From assembly GCF_964204645.1 (NCBI RefSeq), contig NC_134032.1, positions 12,760,275 to 12,824,274 on the forward strand: DNA of 64,000 nt, read 5' to 3'. The stretch is from Tubulanus polymorphus. Its lineage: Eukaryota; Animalia; Nemertea. Each line of letters begins with the position of its first letter. The first letter of the stretch is position 1. Below, in pieces: positions 61,101 to 64,000 of the stretch. The notes under the pieces were generated by a model. The model worked only from the letters and a program-made list of their open reading frames with translations, made no database searches and was not told the DNA's origin. The position numbers and the translations under genes were made by a program.

Positions 61101-63697
61101 ATTGGAAATGCGCTATATAAGCACTAATTATTAATTATTATTATATTACATGCGATCTAGCAATCTCTGCAAATCTCCCCGACTTATCCCTGACTTTCAG
61201 CTTTTTTTTGGGGAAAAAATTCCCCGACAAGAAAAGACAATTTTCCTGACTTTTCCTTGATTTCCGGGTAACCGGCCACGCGCTGTTTTTATTTACCTGT
61301 CTCATCGCCGTAATCGGGATATCGGTGAACGCCGCGCCGGATACGAATGGTGCGGGAGAAACTGCGGGTGCAGCTGCCGCCGGAGCGACAGCAGTAGTCG
61401 GCGATGGCACAAACTTTTCGACGTCTGACGCGCGGATTTCTCCCCCGGGACCGCTACCAGATACAGTCTGCAAAATAAAATTTACAGATAGATGAAAAAT
61501 AAAACATGACTTCACACTACAACTGATTTTGGAAGAAAATTGAAGAATAATTCATACTGCTGTCATCTACGTGGCTTCATGATGCTATGACTGATGTTGC
61601 ACATAATTGAACCGATAACTGACGTGTAACTTTCTTGTTTGAACGCAACTGATTTTAGTCATTTAGGAACTCACTTCGCAGAATATTAACATCGATACAA
61701 ATTTTTGACCCAAAAGACAACTTTCCAACACTCTTATTTCACTTGAAAAATGGCTTCGTGCTATGATTCATCTTCATAACAATTGAACTTATGATACTGC
61801 ATAACTTTCTTGTTTAAATACAACTGATTTAAATCATCTACAAATTGTGATGACTTTCAAACTTACTTATTATAGTTTCAATTAAAAGGTACTCATTGAA
61901 CATAGGTTCATTGAACTTACGTTTATATCGATACCCCTTTCTTTCGCCAGCGTTCGCGCGAGCGGACTGGCGAGGGCTCGGTCTCCCGTCTGAACGGTCG
62001 GTGTTGGCGCTACCACCGCGGGTGTCACGGGCGGCGTCACCGGCTGAGTTTCGACCGGTTTCATCGGCTCTGACTGAGGTTGCGGCTCAGCCGGCGCTGG
62101 AGTGGGTGACTTCGTCGGAGTTTCCTCCGATGCCTCGTAGTTGGCGAACGCGGCGACGTCTGATTCATCATTGACGATGATACACAACAGCTGAAAAATA
62201 AATTGCCCACGGGCAAAGTAGTTTACCTTGAACACTCGAGATGAGAAATCTCTTTAATGCCGAGTTCAAAGATCTATTTCATATTGCATTTTATCTTGAT
62301 TAAGAATTATTATTTTGTAGTCAAATAAGGCCAAAAATATACATTTTATTTGTCAACGGTTCAGCAGAATTTTGGTTTAAATATTTCCACAAACATCACA
62401 TGCTGCAGAAAGGGATGGATGAAAAGTGAGCTCAATAGCTAGCTGGGATTATTATCCCGAATAGGCTAAATAGTCGATTCGATGTTGATTAAAATGTAGC
62501 AGAAATTCAAGCCCAGAACACGGGGCCTCACAAGCGGAATTCTCGCTTGCAGTAAGTGGAATCCTCTATTGGCGCAGAAGTTTGGTGTCCTACTACACAC
62601 TAGCGACACCTGGTAGATTCAAGTGGAATCTTCTATTGCTGCTGCAGTTGATGACATACTGCACATCAGCACCTGGTGAATCCTCTATTGCCAGATGATG
62701 TCCTACTGTACACTAGCGACACCTGGTGGAACTTCACTTGCCACAGTAGTTAGTATTGTCATACAGTGTTTTATATTACCTTGCCAATCGGAATATCTTT
62801 CGTACCAGCGGCGACTAATACTTTTGCTAAAAAGCCTTCTTCGGGCGTTTCAAATCCCATTGTTGCTTTATCCGTTTCGATCTCCGCCAGTAAGTCACCT
62901 TCTGAAAGCTGATCGCCCTCCTTCTTCTCCCAGCTAATGATCGTTCCCAATTCCATAGTTGGCGAAAGCGCGGGTAGCGTAATTTTGAAGTGGTCCGGTA
63001 AACTGCCATCTGAGTTAATAAATACAAAAAAATCATGTAAAAGTACACGTAGCCTGCAAATCATTAGAGTTATCAATCGGCAGCTTGGACCCCGATCCTT
63101 CAAATATTCAATACTTCATCAATATTCAATTTGTGACTGGACTTCACACATGTGTTCAGGACTTCACTCAAAACATTTTTAATGGTAAATGAACTACAAA
63201 CACCAGACCTTAGGCATTAAATGTCTAATGTCTGGTGCACCGGTACGTTCAAAACATGTGAAGTTCAAAACATGTGAAGTGTGGAGTGCGGATTGTCTGA
63301 AGCCGTGGTTCCAGGCTGCAGATAGCTGTGGTGGAATGTCTGAAGGGGTGCAGGTGTTAAATGTCTGATGTCTGGTGCACCGGTATGTTCAAAACATGTG
63401 AAGTGTGGAGTGCGGATCGTCTGAAGCTGTGGTTCAGCTGCGGATAGCTGTGGAATGTCTGAAGGGGAGGTTCCAAGGGGCCGATTGATTGTCTGAAGGG
63501 GTGCAGGTTCCAAGCTGCAGAATGTCTGAAGGATTGGTTCCACGCTACACGTTGATACCTGTTATTAGATTATTTTCTATTTTCAGTGTAATCTTGATTG
63601 ATACTTACTTGAATAATTTCTAGTAATTGTAAACCTATTGACGTTGAAATCACTTGTGTAAGCAGCCTTGGATTTTTTACAACAAACAGTGTACGGC
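58135..63697 (-). CDS. DLAT: Dihydrolipoamide acetyltransferase, PDH E2 (5' end outside the window)
   Basis: Exons 63697-63609, 63009-62780, 62190-61921, 61467-61297, 60720-60635, 60239-60099, 59668-59506, 58978-58839, 58264-58135. Lipoyl domain PALSPTM...ETDKAT; ASPLAR; [13 protein letters not shown]; catalytic DHRVVDG. Confidence 0.96.
59139..59319. mobile_element. Tc1/mariner (pogo/Tigger-like) MITE with TA TSD
   Basis: TA|CAGTGGAACCTCGTT ... AACGAGGTTCCACCG|TA. Confidence 0.85.
60868..61148 (+). mobile_element. tRNA-derived SINE with an L2-like tail, in a DLAT intron
   Basis: A box TGGCTTAGTGG, B box GTTCGAACCCC, gtgtccttaggcaaggca core, 3' gcgctttgagc...gcgctatataa + (ATT)n. Confidence 0.85.
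63215..63535. repeat. Complex tandem repeat in a DLAT intron
   Basis: Repeated tgtctggtgcaccggta...aacatgtgaagt and tgtctgaagggg units. Confidence 0.8.
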
Positions 63698-64000
63698 CTG
63701 AAAATGCAATAAGAATAAAAATTTATAATTAGGCTGATGTCGAACAAAACCTGTGTTGAAATCCGTGGATTGTGCAGGGGGTAGGCCTACACCTAGGCTC
63801 TGAATTTCAGAGTAAAAGAAGGGTCAATTGTGTGGGCCAACTGGTCAAGGTCAGCCAGAGAATGGACATTGATTGAACATAGGTAATTTCATGGTTAACT
63901 AATCACACCAATTTATGAAGAACAGGGCAATTGCTGGGACAGATCTTTGATTTTGGATCCCAAGTTTTTCGTGACAGGCCCCTGGTGGTGGTGGTGACTG

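Noticed and set aside
62780-63697. Single lipoyl domain in DLAT as a novelty
   Set aside because: One lipoyl domain is common in invertebrate E2, and the 5' end is outside the window.

Overview
Eukaryotic, AT-rich genomic DNA with CpG-rich exons and GT-AG introns, from a marine invertebrate (probably a lophotrochozoan; this is inference). Conserved intron-rich housekeeping genes occupy both ends: the 3' half of CAND1 (+), a complete UBF/UBTF-like gene with four HMG boxes (+), and the 3' part of DLAT (PDH E2, -). Between them (~27-56 kb) is an intron-poor, fast-turnover block: a serpin, a divergent SLC18-like MFS transporter plus a pseudogene, a MORN2-like fragment, a 5'-truncated two-domain phosphagen kinase with altered specificity residues, two tandem class-A GPCRs, an inverted pair of somatomedin-B adhesion/Methuselah-like GPCRs with a homogenised C-terminal region and divergent ectodomain, a GT10 fucosyltransferase and a secreted PAN + LamG-like protein. 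Introns and intergenic DNA are full of MITEs, minisatellites, a SINE and a truncated LINE nested in a foldback element. The most striking non-coding signal is a family of small palindromic elements with a minimal hammerhead-ribozyme core at the hairpin apex (29.4-29.7 kb, 30.4-30.6 kb, degenerate copy at 19.8 kb). They share a GTGGGATTT motif and a one-sided tail, resembling Penelope-like retroelement ends. All exon boundaries were called by eye and no searches were run.
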